Source: Alphaproteobacteria bacterium (GTDB taxonomy: Bacteria; Pseudomonadota; Alphaproteobacteria; GCA-2731375). Taken from it: a DNA stretch of 51,125 nucleotides. Within the stretch, counting starts at the first letter, position 1. Each line of letters opens with the position of its first letter. The DNA lies in assembly GCA_029936195.1 (NCBI GenBank), contig JAPYUH010000004.1, forward strand, positions 1-51,125. Direction: 5' to 3'. Below the pieces are notes generated by a model. The model was given only the letters and a program-made list of their open reading frames with translations. It searched no databases and was not told where the DNA came from. The translations under genes and the position numbers were made by a program. This document shows positions 16,303 through 26,152 of the stretch, one piece after another.

Positions 16303-17701
16303 CTAAATAATCTCGAAATAGCGTTGCAATTGCCAATCGGTGACGGCGCGGCGGCTTTGCCGCTCCTCCCAATCGCGGGAGGCGGCGAAATGTTCCACGA
16401 AGGCGTCGCCAAACAGGTTCCGCGCCGCTTTCGAGCGTTGCAGCCGTTCGGCGGCTTCGCCCAGGCCGCGGGGCAGGGACAGGCGTTTGGGGTGGGATTG
16501 ATCATAGGCGTTGCCCCGCACGGGGGCGGTCGGTTCCAGGCTCTGTTCCAGGCCCCACAGGCCGGAGCCGATGGCGGCGGCCAGGGCCAGGTAGGGGTTG
16601 GCATCGGCGGCGGCGACCCGGAATTCGACTCGTTGGGATTTCGCCCCGCCGCCGATCGCGCGCAGGGCGCAGGTCCGGTTGTCGATGCCCCAGGTCGCCT
16701 CCGTCGGGGCCCAAAAGCCGGGGATCAGCCGGGTATAGGCATTCGTGGTGGGCGCGATCATGGCCAGCAGCTCCGGCATCAAGTTCTGCTGTCCGCCGAT
16801 AAAATGGCGCATGGCGCATGGCGGTGGAAATGCCGCCCTCGGCCCGGGCATCATGAAACAACGCGCCGCCGCCTCTGATTTTATTCATCGACAGATGGAT
16901 ATGGCCCGACTGGCCCGGATAGTCCTCGGACCATTTCGCCATGAAGGTGGCCATCAGGCCGTGACGCTGGGCCTCCACCTTGGCAAAGGTCTTGAACAAG
17001 GCGGCCTTGTCGGCCGCCGCCATGGCCAGGTCCTTGTCGAGGCTGGCTTCCAGCACGCCGGGGCCGGTTTCGGTGTGCAGGCCCTCCAGGGGAAAATCCA
17101 TATCCGTGCACATTTTCAACAGATCGCCGTATAAATCCGCCCAGGTGGAATTTCGCAGCACGGAATAGCCAAAGTTTCCCGGCGTGATCGGTTGCAAGTC
17201 CCGATAGCCCTTGGCGGCGGCACTTTCCGGCGTTTCATCGAAGACGAAAAATTCGTATTCCAATGCCGCCGTGACGGCCAGGCCGTGGTCCTTGGCCCGC
17301 GCCAGGACCCGGGCCAACAGACCTCTGGGGCAAACGGCTTCCGCCGCGCCTGCAAAGGCGGCAAGGAAAAACAGGCCCCGGCCGTCAAATTCATGGGGCA
17401 GGTCACGGCAGGTCTCCGGTACGATTCGGACTTCCGCATCCGGATAGCCGGTGTGCCAGCCGGTAAAGGTGGTGTTGTCGTACAGTTGGTCGTTGCTGTC
17501 CCAGCCCAGGATCACGTCGCAAAAGCCAAAACCCTTGTCCAGGGCGGCCATGAATTTCTCCACGCCCATGTATTTGCCACGCAGCACCCCGTCCATGTCA
17601 AAGACGCCGACTTTGACATAGTCCAGGCCCCGCTGGCGGACAATGCGGCGGGCCTAGGCGGCGGTCCGGACGGACCGTGCGGACAGTTCTGCTTTCGCCA
17701 T
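16303..17701 (-). pseudogene. Glutamine synthetase family gene (PuuA-like gamma-glutamyl-amine synthetase type) with two lesions: an in-frame TAG and a +7 frameshift
   Basis: Two track ORFs (16502..17596 and 16303..16854) join into one GS-like sequence if a single 7-bp unit is removed at 16804-16824: ...GGISTAMRH|FIGGQQNLMPELLAMIAPTTNAYTRL.... The N-terminal beta-grasp strand YVKVGVFDMDGVLRGKY lies upstream of the first ATG. It is in frame with an ATG at 17699-17701 but separated from it by a TAG at 17654-17656. Confidence 0.75.
16804..16824. repeat. 7-bp tandem repeat ATGGCGC ATGGCGC ATGGCGg (about 3 copies) at the frameshift site
   Basis: Read directly from the sequence. Two copies would restore the GS reading frame. 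Confidence 0.9.
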
Positions 17702-18537
17702 TAAAATCGGTATCCAACTAGGACGGAGCCGGTAACGAAGGCATCGACTTGTGTGATCGGGCTGTTCACCGCCTGTTCAAAAAGGGTGGTGGCGCGGAAC
17801 TCCGTGGCGACGTAAAAGGCCTGGGTGAAATCGTAGATAATCTGGGCATAGGCATTGGCATCGCGGAAGCCGCCCGTGGGGGAGTATGCGGTCTTGCCGG
17901 AGGCCGTGCTGGCGGCGCCGGAAACGCTAAAATAACTCTCGGCATAGGTTTCATCCATGTAGGTCAGGCGGGCGCCGAGGATCAGGGAAGCTTTCTCGGA
18001 CCAGCGGCTGCCCCATGCCGCCTCGCCATTCAACAGCAGACCGCCATGGCCGCCGCCGACTTCCTTGCGGATATCCGCCTTGAAGCGCCAGGAGGCAACG
18101 AAACTTTCCAAGAATAGACCGACTTCGGTGCCCAGTTCGATATCGGGCAGACCGGCGAGGGAGGGTGAATCCGCCGCATCACGGCCAAAATCGAAAGTAA
18201 TGCGCGGGCCCGCGCGCAAGGTGCGCTTGCGCCAGGCATTCCAGCCGATGCCTTGCTGGGTGGACAGAAACAGCGTGCCCGCATAGTTCACGTCCAGCAA
18301 GGGCAGGGGCTTCATTTCCACCGTGTCGGAACCCAGGAACTCCGGCGCGGCGACCGCGCCGCCGGCCACATTGACACGGATCGGACCGGTCCGCCCCCGC
18401 TTGACCGGCAGCACGGCAGTCGCCGGCGACGACCACAATTCCCAATTGTTGTATCGCGTCTCCGCCCCTGCCTCGGCTGACAGCATTGGCAACGCCAAAA
18501 ACACCGATAACAGGCCGCCTAACAATTTTCTTACCAT
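17701..18537 (-). CDS. mipA: MipA/OmpV-family outer membrane protein
   Basis: 278-aa ORF with a signal peptide (LALPMLSAEAGA), beta-strand-like alternation and a C-terminal VGYRF. Its stop overlaps the ancestral ATG of the GS-like gene (TAATG). Confidence 0.75.
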   Translation of the reverse strand: MVRKLLGGLLSVFLALPMLSAEAGAETRYNNWELWSSPATAVLPVKRGRTGPIRVNVAGGAVAAPEFLGSDTVEMKPLPLLDVNYAGTLFLSTQQGIGWNAWRKRTLRAGPRITFDFGRDAADSPSLAGLPDIELGTEVGLFLESFVASWRFKADIRKEVGGGHGGLLLNGEAAWGSRWSEKASLILGARLTYMDETYAESYFSVSGAASTASGKTAYSPTGGFRDANAYAQIIYDFTQAFYVATEFRATTLFEQAVNSPITQVDAFVTGSVLVGYRF

Positions 18538-18574
18538 TGCCTCACCTTATTCCGCAGCGACGAAAATTAATCCT

Positions 18575-18601
18575 AGAGCATTTCCGAATTCGAAATGCTC
18601 T
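18575..18601. repeat. Inverted repeat AGAGCATTTC-N7-GAAATGCTCT
   Basis: Perfect 10-bp arms in an AT-rich spacer between the lhgO-like stop and the mipA start. Confidence 0.85.
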
Positions 18602-18614
18602 CATTCTTAAAGAC

Positions 18615-18675
18615 AGAGCAATTTTTCCAATCACTTAGAATTCCGTCCCAATTCAAATATGATCGGAATTGCTCT
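18615..18675. repeat. Second inverted repeat with a related half-site: AGAGCAATT(ttt)CC ... GGAATTGCTCT
   Basis: 11-bp arms with a 3-nt bulge, about 36 nt apart. It shares the AGAGCAWTT core with the first repeat. Confidence 0.7.
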
Positions 18676-18701
18676 AGCATACCCGCGCCCGCAATTCGGA
18701 C

Positions 18702-19838
18702 CTAACCACGCAGCATGGCGCCGACCTGGGCGGCAATCGCCAGGGATGACGTCAATCCCGGCGATTCAATGCCAAACAGGTTGATCAGGCCCGCCACGCC
18801 GTGGTCTTCGGGCCCCTGAATCATAAAGTCCTCCATGCCACCGCCCGGTCGCTGTAACTTTGGCCGCATGCCGCTGTAGGCCGGTTGCAGCGAATCGTCG
18901 GGCAGATCCGGGTAGTACCGTCGGATGGCCTTGTAAAACACCTCCGCCCGCCCTGGCTCCACCCGATAATCGATGTCGCCCTGCAAATCCTCGACCGCAT
19001 GGTCCAGCCATTGCTGGTCCGGTCCGAAGCGGGCCTGGCCCCCCAGATCAATGGTCAAATGTACGCCCAGACTGGCGGACGCGGGGACGGGATAGATCAG
19101 CCGGGAAAACGGTTGCCGTCCGGGCAGGGAAAAATAGTTGCCCTTGCAATAATACAGCGGGGGCACGGTATTGCTTTCCAGACCCTCGATGCGCCGTGCC
19201 AGGGGCTGGGCATACAGGCCTGCGGCATTGATCAGGCGCCGGCAGGCCAGCCGCATTTCGCCCCCCGCCTCGTCGGCGATGCGAAGGGCCAGGCCGTCGT
19301 TCAGCACTTCCCCGCCCAAGGCCCGGCTGTGAAAGGCGATCATGGCGCCATGATCCTCCGCCTCGCCCTGATAGGCCAGCATCAGTCCATGGCTGTCGAT
19401 GATCCCAGTGGAGGGGGAAACCAGGGCGCCGGTGCACCGCAACGCCGGCTCCTGGTCCATGGCTTCCACCGCGCTGATTTCGTACAGATCATCGACGCCA
19501 TTGGCGGCGGCCTTGGCCTTGATGCCGTCCAGCACTTCCAGTTCCTGGTCCGAGGTGGCGACGATCAACTTGCCGCAATTTCGGTGGGCGACGCCGTGGC
19601 TGGCGCAATAGTCATACAGTGCCGCCTTGCCGGCGACGCAGAGCCGGGCTTTCAGGCTGTCCTTGGCATAGTAGATGCCGGCGTGGATGACCTCGCTGTT
19701 GCGGGACGAGGTTTCGCTGCCGATCAGTTCGGCCGCCTCCAGCACAATAACTTCGTCTCCGGCCATGGCCAGTTGCCGGGCGATGGCCAGGCCGACGACG
19801 CCGGCGCCAACAACAATGCTGTCTACTCGTTCGATCAT
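18702..19838 (-). CDS. FAD-dependent oxidoreductase, L-2-hydroxyglutarate oxidase (LhgO)-like (COG0579)
   Basis: Trimmed to [23 protein letters not shown] (dinucleotide-binding GxGxxG). [13 protein letters not shown] is typical of the family. Confidence 0.75.
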   Translation of the reverse strand: MIERVDSIVVGAGVVGLAIARQLAMAGDEVIVLEAAELIGSETSSRNSEVIHAGIYYAKDSLKARLCVAGKAALYDYCASHGVAHRNCGKLIVATSDQELEVLDGIKAKAAANGVDDLYEISAVEAMDQEPALRCTGALVSPSTGIIDSHGLMLAYQGEAEDHGAMIAFHSRALGGEVLNDGLALRIADEAGGEMRLACRRLINAAGLYAQPLARRIEGLESNTVPPLYYCKGNYFSLPGRQPFSRLIYPVPASASLGVHLTIDLGGQARFGPDQQWLDHAVEDLQGDIDYRVEPGRAEVFYKAIRRYYPDLPDDSLQPAYSGMRPKLQRPGGGMEDFMIQGPEDHGVAGLINLFGIESPGLTSSLAIAAQVGAMLRG

Positions 19839-19963
19839 GGCGGGCAACTTGACCCGCCAGGAAACTCCGGTCAAGCGGCCGGTCCGGCGGTCGGTCAAGC
19901 AGCCGTGATTTGCGCCCTGGCGCCGCAACGACGACCATGGATCGTGACTATGGAGGCAGCACC

Positions 19964-20950
19964 ATGCGAACTTTTCTGACCATCGCCGCCCTGGCCGGCA
20001 TTATTGGCTTTCTGATATTCGGACAAACCCAGGCCGGACCGGGCCAATGGCAAAGCGAATGGCCAAGGACCAATTTCAAGAAGCATTCCGTGCCCTTTGA
20101 CGACATCATGTCGGGCGGCGTGCGCAAGGATCAGATACCATCCATCGACAAACCGGAATTTGTCGCCGTGGCGGCGGCCAAGACATTCGCCCCGACCGAG
20201 CCCGTGGTGGGCCTGACCGTCAACGGCAAAAGCCGGGCCTATCCCCTGTCGGTGCTGATCTGGCACGAAATCGTCAACGACGTGATTGCCGGTGTACCCG
20301 TGGCGGTGACTTTTTGTCCCCTGTGCAATGCGGCCGTTGTTTTTGACCGCCGGGTCGATGGCAGAACCCTGGACTTCGGCACCACGGGCAAGCTGCGCCA
20401 TTCCGATCTGGTGATGTATGACCGGCAGACGGAAAGCTGGTGGCAGCAGTTCACCGGCCAGGCGATAATTGGCGATATGCTGGGCCGGGAATTGCGCTTT
20501 TTGCCGGCCCGCTTGGAATCCTTCGCCAAGTTCAAGGCGCGAGCCCCGGACGGCGATGTCCTGGTGCCCAATGATCCCAAACTGCGCAATTATGGCAGGA
20601 ACCCCTATGGCGGCTACGATTCCGCGCCCGAACCGTTTCTTTATCGCGGCGAATACCCTGGCGTGGTCGCCCCCCTGGCCCGCGTGGTGGCGGTGGGCGG
20701 GCGGGCCTGGTCGGTGGAACTTCTGCAGATCAAGCAACGTATCGAGACCAAGGACGGCCTGATCCTGACATGGGAAAAAGGCCAAAATTCGGCTCTGGAT
20801 ACCTCTCTCATCGCGGACGGCCGGGATGTGGGCAACGTTTTGGTGCAGCGCAAAACTAGTGACGGCAAGCTGATTGACGCGCTGTATCGGGTCGATTTCG
20901 CCTTCGCGTTTCATGCCTTCTACCCAAACGCCAAGATTATTGTTGAGTAA
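19964..20950 (+). CDS. DUF3179-domain protein with a signal peptide
   Basis: Start at [24 protein letters not shown], preceded by GGAGG. Conserved DUF3179 blocks are present: [52 protein letters not shown]. Confidence 0.75.
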   Translation: MRTFLTIAALAGIIGFLIFGQTQAGPGQWQSEWPRTNFKKHSVPFDDIMSGGVRKDQIPSIDKPEFVAVAAAKTFAPTEPVVGLTVNGKSRAYPLSVLIWHEIVNDVIAGVPVAVTFCPLCNAAVVFDRRVDGRTLDFGTTGKLRHSDLVMYDRQTESWWQQFTGQAIIGDMLGRELRFLPARLESFAKFKARAPDGDVLVPNDPKLRNYGRNPYGGYDSAPEPFLYRGEYPGVVAPLARVVAVGGRAWSVELLQIKQRIETKDGLILTWEKGQNSALDTSLIADGRDVGNVLVQRKTSDGKLIDALYRVDFAFAFHAFYPNAKIIVE

Positions 20951-21003
20951 ATCCGGATCACCGAGACTGGACAAGTTGGGGCCGCATACAATGTAATAGG
21001 CAG

Positions 21004-21723
21004 ATGGCCCCGAAAAAACGCGACATAACAACAAAAGACGGTGCGGCGGACGTGCGGAACTTCCTGGACAAGCTGGCCGCCACGCCCAGCGTGCATACGG
21101 AGAAATCCCGTGGCCGGCTGCTGTTCGCCATGGACGCCACCGCCAGCAGGGAGCCGACCTGGGACACCGCCTGTCAAATCCAGGGTGATATGTTTGCCCA
21201 GACATCGACCTTGGGCGGCCTGGATGTACAGCTGGCCTATTATCGCGGCTACAAGGATTTCCGCGCCACGCCCTGGATATCCACCTCCGCCGATTTGATC
21301 CCCTACATGGCAAAGGTGCGCTGCCTGGGCGGACAAACCCAGGTGGAACGGCTGTTGCGCTATGCGGTGCGGGAAACCGCCAAGCAAAAGATCAACGCCC
21401 TGGTTTTCGTTGGCGACTGCCTGGAGGAAGATGTCGACCGGGTTTGTACCGTGGCCGGCGAATTGGGCATGTTGGGCGTGCCCTGTTTTCTGTTCCACGA
21501 GGGCCAGGAACCAACCGCCAGCAGCGCCTTCAAACAGATCGCTACTTTGACCCGTGGCGCCTATTGCCGCTTTGACGCTTCCTCCGCCGCGCAATTGCGG
21601 GATTTGCTGGCCGCCGTGGCGGTCTATGCAGCCGGCGGGCGCAAGGCGCTGTCCGATTATTCCAAGGGTAAGGCAAAGCCGGTTTTGCAGATCGCCCATC
21701 AGCTGGGTGCCAAGTCGCCATGA
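21004..21723 (+). CDS. VWA-like domain protein
   Basis: 239-aa ORF with [16 protein letters not shown] (a MIDAS-like DxTxS) and [16 protein letters not shown] overlap with the downstream J-domain gene. Confidence 0.65.
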   Translation: MAPKKRDITTKDGAADVRNFLDKLAATPSVHTEKSRGRLLFAMDATASREPTWDTACQIQGDMFAQTSTLGGLDVQLAYYRGYKDFRATPWISTSADLIPYMAKVRCLGGQTQVERLLRYAVRETAKQKINALVFVGDCLEEDVDRVCTVAGELGMLGVPCFLFHEGQEPTASSAFKQIATLTRGAYCRFDASSAAQLRDLLAAVAVYAAGGRKALSDYSKGKAKPVLQIAHQLGAKSP

Positions 21724-22433
21724 TTGGTTATTTTATTCTCGGCGTATGTCTGCTGGCCGCCTTGGGGCTGTGCGGCAAGGTAATGTTAACCGCGGATCCC
21801 AAGGCGTTGGCGAAGATATTGCGCTACACGGGCTTTGGCATATGTGCCGCCCTGGCGGCCTTTCTGTTGTTGACCGGCCGCTTTGCCCTGGGCCTGCCCC
21901 TGGCCTTTGCCGCCGTGGCCTTTCTGCGCCGCTGGGCCTTGCCGCGTCTGGGCCCGCGCATGGGCCGGGGGCCGAGCCAATCGGCCGGGCGCAGTTCGAA
22001 CGTGGAGACAGCCTACCTGCGCATGGCCTTGGAACACGATAGCGGCGCCATGCGGGGTGAAGTGCTGTTGGGCGCCTTCGCCGGCCGGGATCTGAGCAAT
22101 TTGGACCAGGCGGAACTGATCGCCCTGTTGACGGAATGCCGGCAACATGACCCCGAAGCGGCACAGTTGTTGGAGGCCTTTTTGGATCGCAGCGCGGGGC
22201 CCGAATGGCGCCAATCGGCGGGCGGTAACGGACAGCAAGGGCAACAGAGCCATCCGGGCAATATGACCCTGGACGAGGCGCGCGAGGTTCTTGGCCTGGA
22301 CATCAACCCCTCGCCCAGCAAAATCCGCGAGGCCCACAAGCGATTGATGCTGAAAAACCATCCCGACAAGGGTGGTTCGTCATATCTGGCGGCAAAGATC
22401 AATCAGGCCAAGGATTTGCTGCTGGGTGTGTGA
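21720..22433 (+). CDS. Membrane-anchored J-domain protein (Tim14/Pam18-like DnaJ-class co-chaperone)
   Basis: Two or three N-terminal TM helices and a C-terminal J domain with the HPD motif ([14 protein letters not shown]). Confidence 0.8.
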   Translation: MIGYFILGVCLLAALGLCGKVMLTADPKALAKILRYTGFGICAALAAFLLLTGRFALGLPLAFAAVAFLRRWALPRLGPRMGRGPSQSAGRSSNVETAYLRMALEHDSGAMRGEVLLGAFAGRDLSNLDQAELIALLTECRQHDPEAAQLLEAFLDRSAGPEWRQSAGGNGQQGQQSHPGNMTLDEAREVLGLDINPSPSKIREAHKRLMLKNHPDKGGSSYLAAKINQAKDLLLGV

Positions 22434-22517
22434 CGGCACGGCTTGCATCGACCCGAATGTCGTGTCAGAAGCGGGGCAAGTTCATAAGATAATGGCAACT
22501 AACCAGGCTGAATTGGC

Positions 22518-23396
22518 ATGCGCGTACGCAAGGCGGTTTTCCCCGTGGGTGGATTGGGTACACGGTTTCTACCGGCAACCAAGGCATTGCCGAAGGAGAT
22601 GCTGCCCATCGTCGACAAACCCTTGATCCAGTATGCGGTGGAAGAGGCCGCCGCCGCCGGGGTCGAGGAATTCATCTTTGTTACCGGCCGGGGCAAGGCG
22701 GCGATCGAAGATCATTTCGACCATTCCTATGAATTGGAAGATCTGCTCTCTTCCCGCGACAAAAGGTCGGAACTGGATGCTCTGCGCGCCGCTATTCCCG
22801 ATGCCGGCCAGGTCGCCTATACGCGGCAGCAGGAACCCTTGGGGCTGGGCCATGCGGTCTGGTGCGCCCGTAATCTTGTGGGGGACGAACCGTTTGCGGT
22901 TTTGCTGGCCGACGATCTGATCCTGGCCGATACGCCTTGTCTGAAACAGATGGTGGATGCGGCGACGGAGACCAAGGGCAATGTGGTCGCGGTCATGGAT
23001 GTGTCGCGCGAACATACAGCGCGCTACGGAATTCTCGACGTGGGCCGGGACGACGGACATTTGGCCGAAGTCCGGGGCCTGGTGGAGAAACCCGATCCGG
23101 CGGTCGCGCCATCAACCCTGTCGGTGATCGGCCGCTATATCCTGATGCCCGAGGTTTTCGACCATCTGGGCAAAATGGAACCAGGCGCGGGGGGCGAGAT
23201 TCAACTGACCGACGCCATGGCCAAGATGATCGGAACACAACCCTTCCACGGCCTGCGTTTCGAAGGCGAGCGGTTCGACTGCGGCGACAAGTTGGGATTT
23301 CTTCAGGCCACCGTCGCCTTTGGCCTGGCCCGGGACGATTTGCGGGAAGGCCTTGGTGACTTTTTATTGTCGATAACCAAAGACCTGCAAAAATAA
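22518..23396 (+). CDS. galU: UTP--glucose-1-phosphate uridylyltransferase
   Basis: KAVFPVGGLGTRFLPATKALPKEMLPIVDKPLIQY and VEKP motifs. Confidence 0.92.
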   Translation: MRVRKAVFPVGGLGTRFLPATKALPKEMLPIVDKPLIQYAVEEAAAAGVEEFIFVTGRGKAAIEDHFDHSYELEDLLSSRDKRSELDALRAAIPDAGQVAYTRQQEPLGLGHAVWCARNLVGDEPFAVLLADDLILADTPCLKQMVDAATETKGNVVAVMDVSREHTARYGILDVGRDDGHLAEVRGLVEKPDPAVAPSTLSVIGRYILMPEVFDHLGKMEPGAGGEIQLTDAMAKMIGTQPFHGLRFEGERFDCGDKLGFLQATVAFGLARDDLREGLGDFLLSITKDLQK

Positions 23397-23433
23397 CAAT
23401 CAACAACAGTTAAATTCCAGAATGGGATAGAGC

Positions 23434-24750
23434 ATGCACGTCACCATGATCGGTACCGGCTATGTAGGCCTGGTTTCGGGCGCCTGTTTTTCAGAGTTCG
23501 GCCATGATGTTACCTGTGTGGACAAGGACAGCGCGAAGATCGAGGCCTTGCGGGCCGGCGAAATTCCAATCTTCGAACCCGGACTGGACAAGCTGGTGGA
23601 AAGCAACGTGGCCGCCGGGCGCCTGTCCTTTGCGACGGACTTGCGGCAACCCGTGGCGGATGCCGATGCGGTGTTTATTGCAGTGGGTACGCCGTCGCGG
23701 CGGGGCGATGGCCATGCGGATCTGACATATGTCTTCGACGCGGCCCGCGAAGTCGCCGCCGCGCTGGATGGCTATACGGTCATCGTCACCAAATCCACCG
23801 TGCCCGTAGGCACCGGCGCGGAAGTCTTCAGGGTGGTCAGCGAAGCCCGCCCCGATGCGGAGTTCGATGTTGCCTCGAACCCTGAATTCCTGCGCGAGGG
23901 CGCGGCGATCAGCGACTTCATGCGCCCGGACCGGGTTGTGGTGGGGGCGGAAAGCGACCGGGCCCGGGATGTCATGCGGGAATTGTACCGTTCGTTGTTC
24001 CTGAACGAGACGCCAGTAATGTTCACCGCCCTGCAGACGGCGGAATTGATCAAATATGCCGCCAACGCCTTTCTGGCGACTAAGATCACCTTCATCAACG
24101 AGATCGCCAATCTGTGCGAACTGGTTGACGCCAATGTTCAGGATGTAGCCCGCGGTATCGGCCTGGATGGCCGTATCGGCGCGAAGTTTCTCCACGCCGG
24201 GCCCGGTTATGGCGGCTCTTGCTTCCCCAAGGATACCCTGGCGCTGCTGCGCACGGCGGAGGATCTGAACCTGCCGATGGAGATCGTCAAGGCCACGGTG
24301 GCGGTCAATACTCAACGCAAGAAAGACATGGCGCAAAAAGTGGTGGCTGCTTGCGGCGGCTCGCTTGAGGGCAAGACCGTCGCGGTTCTGGGTCTGACCT
24401 TCAAACCCAATACCGACGATATGCGGGATTCCCCCAGCCTGGATATTATTCCCGCCCTGCTGGCGGCCGGCGCGAAAATCCGTGCCTTTGATCCCGAAGG
24501 CATGGATGAAGCACGAAAGCTGCTGAACGGCATTGAATACTGCGCGGATGCCTACGACACCCTGCCCGGCGCCGATGCCCTGGCCATTGTCACGGAATGG
24601 AATGCTTTCCGCGCCCTGGACATGCCCCGCGTGAAGGATTTGATGAAGGCACCGGTTCTGGTCGACATGCGCAATATTTACGACCCAGGCACCATGGGGG
24701 AATTAGGCTTCACCTACATTTCGATCGGCCGTCCGGCGGTCCGGTCCTGA
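23434..24750 (+). CDS. ugd: UDP-glucose 6-dehydrogenase
   Basis: MIGTGYVGLVSGACF Rossmann start, the catalytic Cys region GPGYGGSCFPKD, and GLTFKPNTDDMRDSP. Confidence 0.92.
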   Translation: MHVTMIGTGYVGLVSGACFSEFGHDVTCVDKDSAKIEALRAGEIPIFEPGLDKLVESNVAAGRLSFATDLRQPVADADAVFIAVGTPSRRGDGHADLTYVFDAAREVAAALDGYTVIVTKSTVPVGTGAEVFRVVSEARPDAEFDVASNPEFLREGAAISDFMRPDRVVVGAESDRARDVMRELYRSLFLNETPVMFTALQTAELIKYAANAFLATKITFINEIANLCELVDANVQDVARGIGLDGRIGAKFLHAGPGYGGSCFPKDTLALLRTAEDLNLPMEIVKATVAVNTQRKKDMAQKVVAACGGSLEGKTVAVLGLTFKPNTDDMRDSPSLDIIPALLAAGAKIRAFDPEGMDEARKLLNGIEYCADAYDTLPGADALAIVTEWNAFRALDMPRVKDLMKAPVLVDMRNIYDPGTMGELGFTYISIGRPAVRS

Positions 24751-24757
24751 CACATTC

Positions 24758-26152
24758 ATGGGCGGAAAGATGCAGAACCACGAATTTCACCCCTCCGTGC
24801 TGCGTGAATACGACGTGCGCGGCATCGTCGGCGAAACCCTGTCGCCGGCGGACGCCTATGCGGTGGGCCGGTCGTTCGGGACCATCGTCGCCCGGGACGG
24901 CGGGGACCGGGTTGCGGTGGGTTACGATGGCCGGCTGACATCGGTCGAAATGGCGGAGAATCTGGCCCGCGGCCTGAACGACGCGGGCATCCATGCTTTG
25001 CGGATCGGCCGCGGACCGACACCGATGCTGTATTTCTCGGTCTTTCATCTGGCGGCCGACGCGGGCATCATGGTCACGGGATCCCACAATCCGTCGGATT
25101 ACAACGGCTTCAAATTGATGCTGGGGCACCAGCCATTCTTTGGCGGCCAGATTCAGGAATTGGGCCGCATGGCCAGCGCGGGTGATTGGGAGGACGGCCC
25201 GGGCGGCATCGAAGATCACGACGTGCGGCCGGCCTATCTGGATGAATTGGCGGCGGCCTACACCACGGATATTCCCCTCTCCGTCGGCTGGGACTGCGGC
25301 AATGGCGCGGCGGGCGATATTCTGCCGGACCTGATCGCCCGGCTGCCGGGCCGCCATGTCTCGTTGAACGATGTGGTGGACGGCACCTTTCCGGCCCATC
25401 ACCCCGACCCGACGGTGGCTGAAAATCTGGTGCAATTGCAGGCAGCGGTGACGGACGGCAAACTGGACCTTGGCGTTGGTTTCGATGGCGATGGCGACCG
25501 CATCGGCGTGGTTGATGGCCTGGAACGCATTTTGTGGGGCGATCAATTGCTTGCGCTGCTGTCCCGCGACGTTCTGGCGGAACATCCCGGCAGCACCATC
25601 ATCGCCGATGTGAAGGCCAGCCAGGTGCTGTTTGACGAGGTTGCCCGCCTGGGCGGCACCCCCGTGATGTACAAGACCGGGCACTCGTTGATCAAAAGCA
25701 AGATGGCCGAGACCAAATCCCCCCTGGCGGGCGAGATGAGCGGGCACATCTTTTTTGCCGACAAGTATTATGGCTTTGACGACGCCCTCTACGTAGCCGT
25801 GCGGTTCCTGGACGCGGTGGCGAAATCCGGTCAAAGCGTGGCCGAATTGCGCGATAGCTTGCCGCAAATGGTCAATACGCCGGAAGTCCGCTTCGATTGC
25901 GACGATACCCGGAAATTCCAGGTGGTTAACGAGGTCGTGGCTGCCCTGCGGGCGGAAGGCGCCGAATTCTCGGACGTGGATGGTGCCCGCGTTTCCACGC
26001 CGGACGGTTGGTGGCTATTGCGCGCCTCGAACACCCAACCGGTCCTCGTGGTACGCTGCGAGTCATCGGACGAGGATGGTCTAGCCCGCCTGAAGGCTGC
26101 CGTCACGGCTGCGCTGGTCCCCAGCGGCGTTACCCCGCCCGCGGGTTTTTAG
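24758..26152 (+). CDS. Phosphomannomutase/phosphoglucomutase (alpha-D-phosphohexomutase family)
   Basis: Active-site TGSHNP, metal loop GFDGDGDR, and sugar loop GEMSGH. The start may be the ATG at 24770 (MQNHEF), which has a better-placed GGCGGA SD sequence. Confidence 0.9.
   Translation: MGGKMQNHEFHPSVLREYDVRGIVGETLSPADAYAVGRSFGTIVARDGGDRVAVGYDGRLTSVEMAENLARGLNDAGIHALRIGRGPTPMLYFSVFHLAADAGIMVTGSHNPSDYNGFKLMLGHQPFFGGQIQELGRMASAGDWEDGPGGIEDHDVRPAYLDELAAAYTTDIPLSVGWDCGNGAAGDILPDLIARLPGRHVSLNDVVDGTFPAHHPDPTVAENLVQLQAAVTDGKLDLGVGFDGDGDRIGVVDGLERILWGDQLLALLSRDVLAEHPGSTIIADVKASQVLFDEVARLGGTPVMYKTGHSLIKSKMAETKSPLAGEMSGHIFFADKYYGFDDALYVAVRFLDAVAKSGQSVAELRDSLPQMVNTPEVRFDCDDTRKFQVVNEVVAALRAEGAEFSDVDGARVSTPDGWWLLRASNTQPVLVVRCESSDEDGLARLKAAVTAALVPSGVTPPAGF

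Noticed and set aside
17654-17656. The in-frame TAG (and the two in-frame TAA codons) as pyrrolysine, stop-codon reassignment or programmed recoding. This was tempting because methylamine-related genes are nearby.
   Set aside because: TAG, TAA and TGA all terminate well-supported genes in this window. No pyl genes or recoding signals are visible. The bacterial N-methylglutamate pathway does not use Pyl enzymes. Pseudogenisation or sequence error is the simpler reading.
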